Assembly: GCA_964482725.1 (NCBI GenBank)
Contig: CAYZYT010000005.1
Location: 88,133-152,132, forward strand
Direction: 5' to 3'
Origin: an uncultured bacterium
GTDB taxonomy: Bacteria; Omnitrophota; Omnitrophia; Omnitrophales; Aquincolibacteriaceae
Length of the DNA stretch: 64,000 nt
In this document: piece after piece, positions 36,456-46,414 of the stretch
Numbering within the stretch: position 1 is the stretch's first letter
How the letters are laid out: the number at the start of each line of letters is the position of its first letter
Translations under genes and position numbers: made by a program
The notes under the pieces: generated by a model
What the model saw: the letters and a program-made list of their open reading frames with translations, nothing else
What the model was told of the DNA's origin: nothing
The model's database searches: none

Positions 36456-36897
36456 GGAAACCTAAAAAAATTTTAATGATGTAACCCCTTACCAATCAAC
36501 TGGTTGTGTTGCTCCTTAAAAAAATACCAACTTTTCTTAGATTCCATAGAATTTCTCATAGCATTAGTTGTCAGCTAAAATGGCCTGTTTTTCAACAAAA
36601 AACAGGCTTCGAGATAAAGCTATTTATCGTGTTAATAAAAAGTTTTTGAAAATAAGTTTCTTTTAATCCACGAAGAAGACGATACATAATGATCCCCTGC
36701 AAAAACTACAATCGAAAATTTTCGGCAAAAATTTCCATAGAAAAAAAATCGCGAGCATTAAATTCAAAAAACCCCGAGAAAACCCCACACAAATCCAAGA
36801 AGAGACCCAGAGATTAATCCCCAACATTAATGCCTGGAGATTTTTTTAGGAGTCGAATAATCACGGAAACCGGAAGCTCTTGCTCTGGTCTGAGAAT

Positions 36898-36938
36898 TAA
36901 AACAAAAAAGCCCCTCGCAAAAATCCCGAGGGGCTTTT
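36898..36938 (-). terminator. Rho-independent terminator
   Basis: Stem AAAAGCCCCTCG / CGAGGGGCTTTT followed on the minus strand by a T-rich tract. Confidence 0.7.
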
Positions 36939-37158
36939 CAATGATAACTGCCGTCGCCGCACAGGGTTTCAAAATCCTGGCGCGCGGTACCAATTCACAA
37001 AGAATTGGTGGACCTGCCCTTTACATTTCATTTCAAGGGCGATAAAAATCATCGAGGAGAGTCGGCGCCTTCCACTTCGTTCCAGGTCGGCCACCCGCCC
37101 TAGAAACATGACATCCCGTCATGTTTCATTACAGGTCTCCCTTCGACTCTCCTACCAA

Positions 37159-37198
37159 TAAAAAAATTGCCCGATGGCAAAAGCCACCGGGCAATTTT
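37159..37198 (-). terminator. Rho-independent terminator downstream of the tRNA-Ala copies
   Basis: AATTGCCCG...CGGGCAATT stem with a minus-strand poly-T tail. Confidence 0.7.
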
Positions 37199-37310
37199 GG
37201 ACCTGAGGAGAGTCGAACTCCTGGCCTCTGCAACCTGCCGCGGCAGGCGCAGCGCTCTATGGCTGCTTTGTGGACGGGTCTCGCCGCGATTTTTGGCGGA
37301 AGCTACAGGC
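37198..37310 (-). pseudogene. Degenerate tRNA-Ala duplicate with insertions in the D-loop and anticodon loop
   Basis: GCCTGTAGCT-[insert]-TAGAGCGCTGC-[GCCTGCCGCGGCAGGT]-TGCAGAGGCCAGGAGTTCGACTCTCCTCAGGTCCA; segments nearly identical to the adjacent tRNA. Confidence 0.75.
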
Positions 37311-37332
37311 ATGACCTCGATCATAAAAAATC

Positions 37333-37405
37333 TGGACCTGAGGAGAATTGAACTCCTGGCCTCTGCAATGCGAATGCAGCGCTCTACCAGCTGAGCTACA
37401 GGCCC
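37333..37405 (-). tRNA. tRNA-Ala (anticodon CGC), CCA not encoded
   Basis: GGGCCTGTAGCTCAGCTGGTAGAGCGCTGCATTCGCATTGCAGAGGCCAGGAGTTCAATTCTCCTCAGGTCCA: 73-nt cloverleaf, G3.U70 Ala identity pair, discriminator A. Confidence 0.95.
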
Positions 37406-37464
37406 TCGATTTTTTATGATTGAGAGAACCAACCTTCAAGATTGGCCCTTACGAAGAATTCGCA

Positions 37465-38367
37465 TTATACACAATCTTCGATAATTGTCTTCAAAACATT
37501 GAAGGCTTTCTGCTGATCCCGCTCGTTGAAGATCTCGTGAAAAAAACCTTCAAGGACCGTACGGTCCTTACGCGGCGCCACCAAGCGGTCAAAGAAATGT
37601 CGCGACGCCTTCGGATCGACGATCCGCTCTTCCCCGGGCACAATCATATGAACGGGGAACGGAAGCGAGAGAATGTGCTGTTTTCGCAAGAGTTCCGTGC
37701 GTCGGGCGATCTCCCCCACCAAGCGAGAAGAGATCTGTCGAAGGATCAATGGATCTTTTCGATAGCTCGCGATCTCGGCCGGATCATGACTGAGCGTCCT
37801 TGATCGCACCGGATTCCGGTAGATGAAGCGAGGAAAAAGCATTTGCATGAAACGGTTCAGCGGGGCCACACTCCGTGAAAAGCGAAGGCCCAGGAATGGC
37901 GCCGAAAGGATCAGCATCTTGACGGGCCCCGGATTTTTCATGGCCCAAAGAGTCGCCACAAGACCGCCCAGGCTGTGCCCAAATAAAATAAATGCCGGCG
38001 GGATCGAATACTTCTTTTGGAGGTGCTCGACAAAAGCGTTTACATCCCTGAGATAATCATCGAACGAGGCCACGTCTCCGCGCGGACCGTCCGACTGTCC
38101 CATGCCTCGAAGATCCATCACCGCAAACTGAGCGGAAAGTCGCCCCGCCCCAATTTGTTGCTTTTCAGTGACGGCGAGGCTCGCCTGATTTTCAAGGCGG
38201 CCCAACTTTCCGGGAAACTTCTCATAGCGGCCTGAATGCTCTCCAAAACCATGAAGCATCACTACCGTATGACGCGCCCCGGGCGCAGGATAAAAACGAT
38301 AGAAGATCTTGGCCCCGTCCCGGCTTTTAAAATGATCGCGGATCCAACCCGTTATCGCGTCAGACAT
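37465..38367 (-). CDS. Alpha/beta hydrolase (lysophospholipase/monoacylglycerol lipase family)
   Basis: HGFGEHSGRY, DLRGMGQS, GHSLGG nucleophile elbow, FHEIFNE. Start placed at MSDAITGW; the track ORF extends to 38421. Confidence 0.88.
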   Translation of the reverse strand: MSDAITGWIRDHFKSRDGAKIFYRFYPAPGARHTVVMLHGFGEHSGRYEKFPGKLGRLENQASLAVTEKQQIGAGRLSAQFAVMDLRGMGQSDGPRGDVASFDDYLRDVNAFVEHLQKKYSIPPAFILFGHSLGGLVATLWAMKNPGPVKMLILSAPFLGLRFSRSVAPLNRFMQMLFPRFIYRNPVRSRTLSHDPAEIASYRKDPLILRQISSRLVGEIARRTELLRKQHILSLPFPVHMIVPGEERIVDPKASRHFFDRLVAPRKDRTVLEGFFHEIFNERDQQKAFNVLKTIIEDCV

Positions 38368-38528
38368 CTTGAGATACCATCTCCTTTGTGCTTTACCCGA
38401 CTTAACATCAATTCGAATCATGCCCTTGAGTCATGGCAACGGCTACGGTGACGGTCATGCAACCGTGACCCGATAACGAAACGGGCATCGTTACCATAAC
38501 CGGAATCCCGGTACCCGATCCGGATCCG

Positions 38529-40400
38529 CTACAGTGGGCCGGACCCCATGGCCTTGCGTTTGCGCCATTCCTGATCGGTCCTGCGATAGAGTTCATCGAT
38601 CGCCTTTTGATGCGCCTTCATCACGACGCTTCGTTTGATCTTCAAGGTCGGCGTCATTTCCCCCGCGAACAAAGTGAATTCATGCGGCAAAAGGATAAAG
38701 GCCCGCACGGTTTCAAAACTGGCCAAACCTTCCATGCGCTTTTCAAGCCGCTCCCGGACCCAGGCCTGGACCCCGGAATGCTCCAAAAGCTTCTCATAGG
38801 AGAGATCGCTCAAGCGATGCTGTTCGGCATAATGAAGGACCTCTTGTTTGTGAGGAACGAGCAGAGCGCAGAGGTAGGAGCGCTTGTCTCCCAACACAAT
38901 GGCCTGCAAAAAGAACGGATCCCCGAGAATACGGCCTTCGATATTCTGCGGTGAAACGTTCTTCCCCCCCGCCGTCACAATGATATCTTTCTTGCGGTCC
39001 GTAATATGAAGAAAACCTTCGTCATCAAAATGCCCGATATCCCCGGTGTAGAACCAGCCCCCTTTGATACAGTCCGCCGTCGCATGAGGATTATTGTAAT
39101 AGCCCTTCATCACACAAGGTCCTTGCGTCAAGATCTCGCCATCCTCCGCAATCTTGACGCGGATCCCGGCGATGGGTTTTCCCACCGTCCCGAACCTGAA
39201 ATCATCAAGCGCATTGACGGCTATCACCGGCGATGTCTCGGTCAGACCGTAGCCCTCGAGGATCATAATATCTGCCGCGTAGAAAAACCGGGCTAATTCC
39301 TTAGGAAGGGGCGCGCCCCCTGAGATAAAAAAACGGATCCTACCGCCCATGGCTTTTTTTATTTTATTAAAGACGACCTGTTTCGCGATCCAGTGATAAA
39401 AGCCAAGCCATCTCGGAACGGGATGCTCACGCATCTTCATTTGCGCGGTCCTCGTTCCGATGCGAACCGCCCAGTTAAAAAGCCGCTGCTTCCATCTCGG
39501 CGCTTTTTGGACTTCCTCGAGGATCCGTGCATAGGTTTTTTCATAAAAGCGCGGCACGGCCACCACAATGGTAGGTTTCACTTTCCGGATATCTTCCGCA
39601 ACCGTCATAAAACTTTCGGCATACGCTATCGACACTCCGTAAGCCGCCTGATAGTAATAACCGGCCAACCGCTCAAAGATATGGCTCAGGGGAAGAAATG
39701 AAAGCACGGAATCACGGTCATCGATCTGGATGCGTTGGAAAGAACCTTGGTAGTTGGCAATAAGGTTCCGGTGTGTGAGCATCACGCCCTTCGGAGCCCC
39801 CGTCGTTCCGGAGGTGTAAATAATAGTCGCGAGATCATCCGGCCCGACGCTTTTAACGCATTGATCATAGAGGTCCCCGTGATCCAAATCATAGCAGCGC
39901 CCCGTCTCCCGGAATGCCCCCAGGGCCTGAACATCGCCCAGGTCTCCAGCCTGAAAAAGGATAATGCCCGCCGGGAGAAATTTCGATTTAAACCCTTCGA
40001 TCTTGCGGTATTGTTCTTCCGTAGAAACGAAGAGTGCTTTGAGATCGGCGTGATCGATGATGTAGCGGATGTCCTCCAGCGAAGCCGTGGGATAGATCGG
40101 CACGGTCACAGCCCCAAGGCTCAAGATCCCGAGATCGGCAAAGGTCCATTCCGGCCCATTCTCGGAGAGGATCCCGACATGATCCCCTTTACGGATGCCG
40201 AGAGACTGAAGCGCCATGGCGGTTTCCCGCGCAATCCTCATCCAATCCTGCCAACTGTAATTCCCGGTGTAGGCACCTTGGACCTTGTAAAAGAGAGCTT
40301 TCTTGGATCCGAAAAAGCGGGCGCGTTCACGGAAGACCTGGACCAGATTACCATTCTCTTCGACGCAATCGGACGGAAATCCGGAACGCTTCTGGGCCAT
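38529..40400 (-). CDS. Long-chain fatty acid-CoA ligase (AMP-dependent synthetase)
   Basis: YTSGTTGAPKG, EGYGLTET, WFYTGDIG, DRKKDIIVTAGGKNVSP, TPTLKIKR. Confidence 0.93.
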   Translation of the reverse strand: MAQKRSGFPSDCVEENGNLVQVFRERARFFGSKKALFYKVQGAYTGNYSWQDWMRIARETAMALQSLGIRKGDHVGILSENGPEWTFADLGILSLGAVTVPIYPTASLEDIRYIIDHADLKALFVSTEEQYRKIEGFKSKFLPAGIILFQAGDLGDVQALGAFRETGRCYDLDHGDLYDQCVKSVGPDDLATIIYTSGTTGAPKGVMLTHRNLIANYQGSFQRIQIDDRDSVLSFLPLSHIFERLAGYYYQAAYGVSIAYAESFMTVAEDIRKVKPTIVVAVPRFYEKTYARILEEVQKAPRWKQRLFNWAVRIGTRTAQMKMREHPVPRWLGFYHWIAKQVVFNKIKKAMGGRIRFFISGGAPLPKELARFFYAADIMILEGYGLTETSPVIAVNALDDFRFGTVGKPIAGIRVKIAEDGEILTQGPCVMKGYYNNPHATADCIKGGWFYTGDIGHFDDEGFLHITDRKKDIIVTAGGKNVSPQNIEGRILGDPFFLQAIVLGDKRSYLCALLVPHKQEVLHYAEQHRLSDLSYEKLLEHSGVQAWVRERLEKRMEGLASFETVRAFILLPHEFTLFAGEMTPTLKIKRSVVMKAHQKAIDELYRRTDQEWRKRKAMGSGPL

Positions 40401-40410
40401 GGGCCTTTCC

Positions 40411-41121
40411 TCAGGAAGCGGCGGTTTTTACTTTGGGGGCGGTTGGAGAGACCGTCCCGGCAGGCATTTCCTTAAGAGCTTCCATCTCTTGAGTATTACG
40501 CTGGGTTTCTTCATGAATAATGCGTAACTTTTCTTGCGCTAAAAGAGCATTCTTCTCGGAAGTCTTTTGACCGTCTGGCTGCTTCTGGGAAGCATCCAGA
40601 TCATTCAAGATCTTCTGATGGATGCGTGCCTGTTCCTGAACACGCTGAAGCTGCGCGGAACGCCCGCTCTGAACACTCTTGATCTTCTTATTCAGGTCGA
40701 AAATCTTTTGGATCTCCTGACGGATCTGAGACACCGAAGCGCGCGGCGTGGGCGGCGGCGGCACATAGCCCGGCTTCACAGGCGTCGCTTTCGCAGCACG
40801 AACCGAAGGCTTTCCGACCAAAGCTTGCGTGGCAGAAGCCCCCGCAACGATCCCACTTCCCCCTTTTTCCGCCATCAACTCTTTACCGGTTTTTTTCCCG
40901 AAGAGCTTAACGATCTGATCCCCCATGGCCTGAGGCGTCGCAACTGAAGAGAACGATGTTTTCGCCTTGGATCCTTTGGGAGTCGAGGCGGATGACTTAA
41001 TTTCCGCGGAGTTTTGGGGAGCAGAGACCCCAAGGTGCAGCAGGAAGAGCATCACAAACCCACTACTGAGCTTACGCATAAGGCCTTTCATTTTCAAAAA
41101 GACTGCTGAGCCGTTGACCAC
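40411..41121 (-). CDS. Hypothetical exported protein with coiled-coil C-terminus
   Basis: Signal-like N-terminus (MRKLSSGFVMLFLLHLGVSA), Pro-rich linker, Gln/Glu-rich helices; sits within the minus-strand gene run; start uncertain. Confidence 0.65.
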   Translation of the reverse strand: MVNGSAVFLKMKGLMRKLSSGFVMLFLLHLGVSAPQNSAEIKSSASTPKGSKAKTSFSSVATPQAMGDQIVKLFGKKTGKELMAEKGGSGIVAGASATQALVGKPSVRAAKATPVKPGYVPPPPTPRASVSQIRQEIQKIFDLNKKIKSVQSGRSAQLQRVQEQARIHQKILNDLDASQKQPDGQKTSEKNALLAQEKLRIIHEETQRNTQEMEALKEMPAGTVSPTAPKVKTAAS

Positions 41122-41305
41122 CGTTTTGAGGGCGTTATTATAGCTTAAAACGTTATCGAAAAAATCTGTTTTTTCTTTACCCCTTTTGTACCCTCCATAA
41201 GAGTAACGGAGAGGATCCCAAAATACAAGTGCACCCTCGACCTCAAAATAATTTCACTTGAGCCATTCCATGGCGAGTCCCCTGGGGTCAGCGACCCTTC
41301 CCGGA

Positions 41306-42493
41306 TTATTTCTGTTCAAAGATCAGCGTACCACCTTGGCCGCCGCCAACACACAACCCCGCCATTCCCAGCGCGACACCCCGCCTTTTCATTTCATGAA
41401 GCAGCGTCACGACGAGCCTCACTCCGGTCGCTCCGACCGGATGCCCGAGGGCGATCGCCCCCCCATTTACATTGACCGCCTCGCGATCCAACCCGAGCGA
41501 CTTTTCCACGGCGAGACACTGCGCGGCAAACGCCTCATTGATCTCCACGAGTTTCATATCCTTTATGACGAGCTTCGCTTTTTGAAGCGCCTTTCGGGTC
41601 GAATCGACCGGCCCCAGCCCCATGCGCCGCGGATCCACCCCGCTAAAAGCCCAGGTCCGGAGCGTCGCAAGAACCGGCAAGGCAAGTTCTTCGGCCTTGG
41701 CTCGATGGGTCACAAGCACCGCGGCGGCGCCGTCTGAAATAGGGCATGAGTTCCCGGCCGTCACGGTCCCAGGCTCTTTAAAAACGGACGGATAACCTTG
41801 AAGCTCCTGGAGGGTCAAGGCCGGGTTGGGGCTTTCATCATCCACGAAGATCGCTTGGGTATTGTCCCGCTTCGACCTCGGCGAAAGAATGACCGGAAGG
41901 ATCTCCGCCCTGAATTTTCCTGAGTGTACGGCCCGAGCCGCTTTTTGATGGGACTCGAGCGCAAATTCATCCTGCGCGGATCGACTGATCTTGAATTCCT
42001 CCGCCAGCACCTCGGCCGTCTCTCCCATCATCATCCCCGAGACCGGATCGCGGAGACCCTCCCAAAGAGAATCGATCATCCTGGAATCACGAAGTTTTTT
42101 TCCAAATCGAAGATCGCGGTTCACGAAAGGCACCGAGGACATGACCTCGACTCCCCCCGCCACCACGACGTCGGCATCCCCCACAAGGATCATCTGGGCT
42201 GCGCTCACGATCGCCTGCATACCTGAAGCGCAATTCCGGTTAACGGTAAAGGATGGAACCGAAGGCGAAATGCCGGCCATCAGCGCAATGACACGGGCAA
42301 CATTGTGGGCATCGGATTGCTGCCCCACACAGCCAAAGATCACCTCATCCACAGCTTTCGGATCCACGTGTGTGCGTTCCAAAAGGCCCCGAAGAATGAC
42401 CTCACCGAGTTTTTGATTGGTCAGGTCCTTCAGGGCACCGCCCAATTTCGCCTGGGCTGTCCGGACTGCACCGGCGATAACGATCTCTTTCAT
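41306..42493 (-). CDS. Acetyl-CoA C-acetyltransferase (thiolase)
   Basis: NRNCASG, EINEAFAAQ, NGGAIALGHPVGATG, CVGGGQG. Confidence 0.95.
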   Translation of the reverse strand: MKEIVIAGAVRTAQAKLGGALKDLTNQKLGEVILRGLLERTHVDPKAVDEVIFGCVGQQSDAHNVARVIALMAGISPSVPSFTVNRNCASGMQAIVSAAQMILVGDADVVVAGGVEVMSSVPFVNRDLRFGKKLRDSRMIDSLWEGLRDPVSGMMMGETAEVLAEEFKISRSAQDEFALESHQKAARAVHSGKFRAEILPVILSPRSKRDNTQAIFVDDESPNPALTLQELQGYPSVFKEPGTVTAGNSCPISDGAAAVLVTHRAKAEELALPVLATLRTWAFSGVDPRRMGLGPVDSTRKALQKAKLVIKDMKLVEINEAFAAQCLAVEKSLGLDREAVNVNGGAIALGHPVGATGVRLVVTLLHEMKRRGVALGMAGLCVGGGQGGTLIFEQK

Positions 42494-42530
42494 TCGGGAA
42501 TTCTCCGTTAAAATGATGCGTCTTGAGGCC

Positions 42531-44570
42531 TTATTCTAGCAGAAGCTGGCGTATGTCCGCCAGTTGTTCGCGGGTCTTCTTCACACCTTCTTCGATGAAC
42601 TTGTGTGCGGAAAAGAATTCGATCCAGTGAGCGTCGGGAACGGCGGCATGGATAAAAATATCCGCCTCACTTCCTTCCATCCGCGCAATCTCAAATTCGG
42701 TGAACATGATGGAATTCATCATCACGTTAAAGATATTGGCCGTATAACGTCGCTGGATTCGATCCAGGGTCTTCATCGCGATACGCTGCCAATGACCCCG
42801 TTGTTGAAACCCCTCATGAAAGGCCTTGCGCCGCAGTTCATTACGCTCGATCAGATCCTTGGGAGCGGGCAGGACATTGACCGCGATAATTTTGCGAACC
42901 CCCATATTGGATAAGACCTTCACCGGAAGCGGATCCACGATGCCGCCATCGATGAGATAACTTCCCTTATACGGGTAGGGGCGGAGGAACCCCGGGATCG
43001 AGATCGACGCACGGACCGCATTCAGAACACTTCCGGAGTCCAACACCACCTCTTCGGAGGTTAAAAGATCCGTCGCCACCATCTTGACGGGGATCTTGAG
43101 GTCCAGGAACGTCATGTCTTTCAAATACGCCGACAAGAACTGAGTGATCTGGTTCCCTTTAAAAAATCCACGATGGATCGCCGAAATATCCCGAAAACCC
43201 AACAGCTTGAAGAAGGCATTCTTCTTATCCAGAGATTTTGCGATCTTCTCGATCTCGTACGAATCATACCCGGCCGCCCAAAGTGTCCCGATAAGAGCCC
43301 CGATGCTCGAACCCGCGAGAACGTCTACGGGGATCTTCTCCTGCTCCAGGACCCGAAGCACCCCAATGTGGGAGAGACCGTAAGCAGCACCGCTCCCCAG
43401 CACCAACCCCACTAACCGCTCCGACCATTCCTTGGCCAAAAAGGTCATGGTCTTTTCGTACTGATACCGTTGGTATTGAAGCGAGGGAAGCGTGGAAAAA
43501 AGCTGTATCTCCCCCGACGGGCCCGACCCCTCCGCGGAAAAAGACCTCCCTTCCTGGGTAGGCATGATGATCTTGATCTCGTTTTTGCTGAACCCAAAAT
43601 CCTGACAGAGCTCTCCCACTTTCTTTGAAGCGAACGTGAAAACGTCAGTTCGTTTTTCCGCCCAGAGATAGACGCGATCCGAATAATTGAGCGCTTTAAC
43701 AGCGACCGGAGTATTGCGATCCGGAAGACAGATCACCAGGTAATCATAACGGTAGGTGAGATAGGTCAGGAGCGCCGTAAATTTCTTTTCATCCTCGTCC
43801 AGGGCCGCGTTGACCGCAAAAGGCAGCAAGTCAAAACTGGTTTCGTGGACCAGGATCGACTTCTGGATCGAAGATTCATGAGACGGATCCATCGTTTTAA
43901 GATCGAACCCGGAGACATCGCTTCGGCGGAACTCGGCGGGGAGAAGATTCCTTAATTTCCCGGAAAGGTCTAGAAGCAATACCTTGTTTTGGGTCTCATG
44001 CCGTAAGGTCTTGATGAAATCCACAAGAAAAAACGCCATCCCCTCCGTGGCAGCCGCAAAATAAAAAGCCGCGATGCGAACTTCACGCCGGTGATGGCTG
44101 TAGCCCAGATCTTCGCGGGTCAGATGCCGTCCGAGGGAACGGCTGAGATGGAGCGCCAGCGCGGGGATGGCATGAAGGAGTTGTTGAAAACTCTCCGAGC
44201 TGATCTTCAGAGCCACAGCATCGGTTTTGGCCTCCACCGATGCGCTATGCACGCTTCCGGTCAAAAGAGAGGTCTCGCCAAAATGCTCCCCCCGGTAGAA
44301 AAAAAGAAGTGTGGATTCCTTTTCCGGACCTCGGGCACGGGTAAAAAGACGGAATCGTCCTGAGATAATGATATAGAAAGCGTCCGGCACCGTCCCCTCT
44401 TCATAGACAAGGTCGCCGCGTTTAAACCCCACCAAGCGGGAATGCTTCTCGATCAGGGCTTGCTCTTCCGGCGCCAGGGACGAAAAAAGAGAGATCGAAT
44501 CTGTTAAATATCCCTCCTTCACCTCGGACTTCGCTTTTTTCCCAAATGAGAAAAAATTCATCATGCCCAA
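42531..44570 (-). CDS. cNMP-binding domain + patatin-like phospholipase (NTE/RssA-like)
   Basis: N-terminal cNMP domain (GEHFGE), patatin LGSGAAYG, GSSIG, DGG. Confidence 0.9.
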   Translation of the reverse strand: MGMMNFFSFGKKAKSEVKEGYLTDSISLFSSLAPEEQALIEKHSRLVGFKRGDLVYEEGTVPDAFYIIISGRFRLFTRARGPEKESTLLFFYRGEHFGETSLLTGSVHSASVEAKTDAVALKISSESFQQLLHAIPALALHLSRSLGRHLTREDLGYSHHRREVRIAAFYFAAATEGMAFFLVDFIKTLRHETQNKVLLLDLSGKLRNLLPAEFRRSDVSGFDLKTMDPSHESSIQKSILVHETSFDLLPFAVNAALDEDEKKFTALLTYLTYRYDYLVICLPDRNTPVAVKALNYSDRVYLWAEKRTDVFTFASKKVGELCQDFGFSKNEIKIIMPTQEGRSFSAEGSGPSGEIQLFSTLPSLQYQRYQYEKTMTFLAKEWSERLVGLVLGSGAAYGLSHIGVLRVLEQEKIPVDVLAGSSIGALIGTLWAAGYDSYEIEKIAKSLDKKNAFFKLLGFRDISAIHRGFFKGNQITQFLSAYLKDMTFLDLKIPVKMVATDLLTSEEVVLDSGSVLNAVRASISIPGFLRPYPYKGSYLIDGGIVDPLPVKVLSNMGVRKIIAVNVLPAPKDLIERNELRRKAFHEGFQQRGHWQRIAMKTLDRIQRRYTANIFNVMMNSIMFTEFEIARMEGSEADIFIHAAVPDAHWIEFFSAHKFIEEGVKKTREQLADIRQLLLE

Positions 44571-44745
44571 TTCTCCGTTCCCAAAATATAAAAAATTAAT
44601 TGGACTAGTCCTGGCAAACTTTTATGAAAATAAAATTGAGGCCAGGGCATGGGTGGATTATCGGCAGAAAAGACTATTCCCCTTATAGTCGCAAGAACAA
44701 AGATCAGGGGAATCCCCAGAGGTCTTCAAAGAAATCCAAGAGAGG

Positions 44746-44778
44746 AAAAGAAAAAAGGAGCGCCGAAGGCGCTCCTTT
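44746..44778 (-). terminator. Rho-independent terminator after the PilZ gene
   Basis: AAAGGAGCGCC-GAA-GGCGCTCCTTT with a minus-strand T tract. Confidence 0.75.
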
Positions 44779-44871
44779 GAACTGCTTAAAATCCAAACTC
44801 TAAAACTCAAAAAAACACGTACGAAGCAACCCCTGCGAGGATCTAAAGCAAAAAAAGCTCGAAAGTCTTGC

Positions 44872-45288
44872 TTACCACTCCTGAACGCTTTCCGGGTCCG
44901 CGTAGTCATTGACCTTAGTCTCAAGCCAGTGATTGTACGCATAATCCAGCACGCGGAATTTATCGACCGGATCCATGTTGAGCAGCCGAACGCCCTGATC
45001 AAAGCCCTGGTCCGTTCCGTCAGAAGGCCTTGACCACATAACCAATCCCGAGCTAAAAATAGGCTTGGGGTCATCCGGGATCGTGATCTCCAAATCCAAC
45101 GGAGTCCCCTCTTGAAGCGACTTATCGGAGTTGATCTTCAAACCTTCGCGACAAAGGTCCCGGCTCAATCCGATCCCTTTAACGGATGTCGATTCGGTTC
45201 CGGTAAACTTCACGCTCATATACGCGTCAAAGCGCTTAAACCTGCGCTTATCTTTATCCATCGCTTCCTCCTTTACTTTTTTTCGCAC
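44872..45288 (-). CDS. PilZ domain protein
   Basis: RRFKRF (RxxxR) and DLCREG (D/NxSxxG-like); likely start MDKDKRR at about 45261. Confidence 0.85.
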   Translation of the reverse strand: MRKKVKEEAMDKDKRRFKRFDAYMSVKFTGTESTSVKGIGLSRDLCREGLKINSDKSLQEGTPLDLEITIPDDPKPIFSSGLVMWSRPSDGTDQGFDQGVRLLNMDPVDKFRVLDYAYNHWLETKVNDYADPESVQEW

Positions 45289-45527
45289 TCGCCACTACCG
45301 GAAAAAGCCTGACTCTCCGTTGCTTATGTATCGACTTCTTCATGCGTTTAATTAATTAAAAACACCGTCACCCAAGGCAAAAAGTAACACATAGGTTTAA
45401 ATTTTACAAGGGGACAAGGCCATTTTTTTTTGAAGAAATGCAATTCTGCGGACGCATCGATTCCACGGGACAAAAACGCTAAAAAACCAAGACGAGATAA
45501 AGATGCAACCCATTACTATGAAATAGG

Positions 45528-46031
45528 TTAGCGGAAATTAACGAACTGGATTGGGAGGGTCAACGGAGCCGTCCGAAGGTGCTGGATCACGACCTGGAGA
45601 TCATCTTTACTCTTCGATGAGACTCGGATCTCATCCCCCTGAATGGCGGTCTGAACCTTCACCGAAAGATCCTTAATGATCTTCACGATTTCTTTGGACT
45701 TCTCCTGAGGGATCCCTTGGGCAAGAGTCACTTCCTGTCGGAGACAGCCGTCAAAGGCCTTCTCCGGGGTTTTAAAATCGAGCGCCTTCGGAGAAATTTT
45801 CCGACTGGCCATCCTTGTCTTGAGAATATCCTGAAGATTCCTGAGCTTCATTTCATCATCCGCGATCAGACGAATCTTTTTCTCTTTCTCATCCTTGAGG
45901 AATTCCAAAGAGCTCTTACTCCCCTTGAAATCAAAACGGGTCTGGAGCTCTTTTTTCGCCTGATTGACGGCGTTGTCGACCTCCTGAAGATCGATCTGGG
46001 AAACGACATCAAAGGAGGATAATTGGGCCAT
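45528..46031 (-). CDS. yajQ: YajQ family nucleotide/c-di-GMP-binding protein
   Basis: SFDVVS, EVDNAVNQAKKEL..RFDFKG, IQGDEIRVSSKSKDDLQ, QFVNFR. Confidence 0.95.
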   Translation of the reverse strand: MAQLSSFDVVSQIDLQEVDNAVNQAKKELQTRFDFKGSKSSLEFLKDEKEKKIRLIADDEMKLRNLQDILKTRMASRKISPKALDFKTPEKAFDGCLRQEVTLAQGIPQEKSKEIVKIIKDLSVKVQTAIQGDEIRVSSKSKDDLQVVIQHLRTAPLTLPIQFVNFR

Positions 46032-46045
46032 CGGGCGAAAAAGGG

Positions 46046-46414
46046 TTAAGCTTTTTTTGAAGGAGGAGTAATGAAAGCTCTCAAACGCTTGCGGGAAAAA
46101 TCGTCGAGATCGAGGAATTCAAGGCCTGTGTCAAAATTCTTCTTCGCCGACTTCCGGTCCTGGCTCGGGATCACCCACACGCTACGCCCCGTGCATTGAA
46201 CAGGCGGCTCGCCATCCTTCAGCTCCAGGCTGATCTTGCAACGGTCGAAACGTTCCAAAGGTTCTGGAAGCATGACCGAAACACCCCCCATCCCAACATC
46301 CTCCGTGCTTGCGGTAAAGGCCTTCTGCTTGCCCACCGGCTGGATCGCGACTTCACAGGTCAGGTGGAGCCGCGGAAATTTTCGTTTATTAAAACCATCC
46401 CACAGAGAGTTCAT
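46046..46414 (-). CDS. PilZ domain protein
   Basis: KRKFPR and DVGMGG motifs, GLEF. Confidence 0.85.
   Translation of the reverse strand: MNSLWDGFNKRKFPRLHLTCEVAIQPVGKQKAFTASTEDVGMGGVSVMLPEPLERFDRCKISLELKDGEPPVQCTGRSVWVIPSQDRKSAKKNFDTGLEFLDLDDFSRKRLRAFITPPSKKA

Noticed and set aside
37198-37310. Intron-containing functional tRNA or tmRNA
   Set aside because: The anticodon is replaced rather than interrupted, the 5' acceptor strand is damaged, the inserts are too short for a self-splicing intron, and there is no tag reading frame.
37100-37439. Short ORFs overlapping the tRNA locus
   Set aside because: Explained by the tRNA-Ala gene and its degenerate copy.
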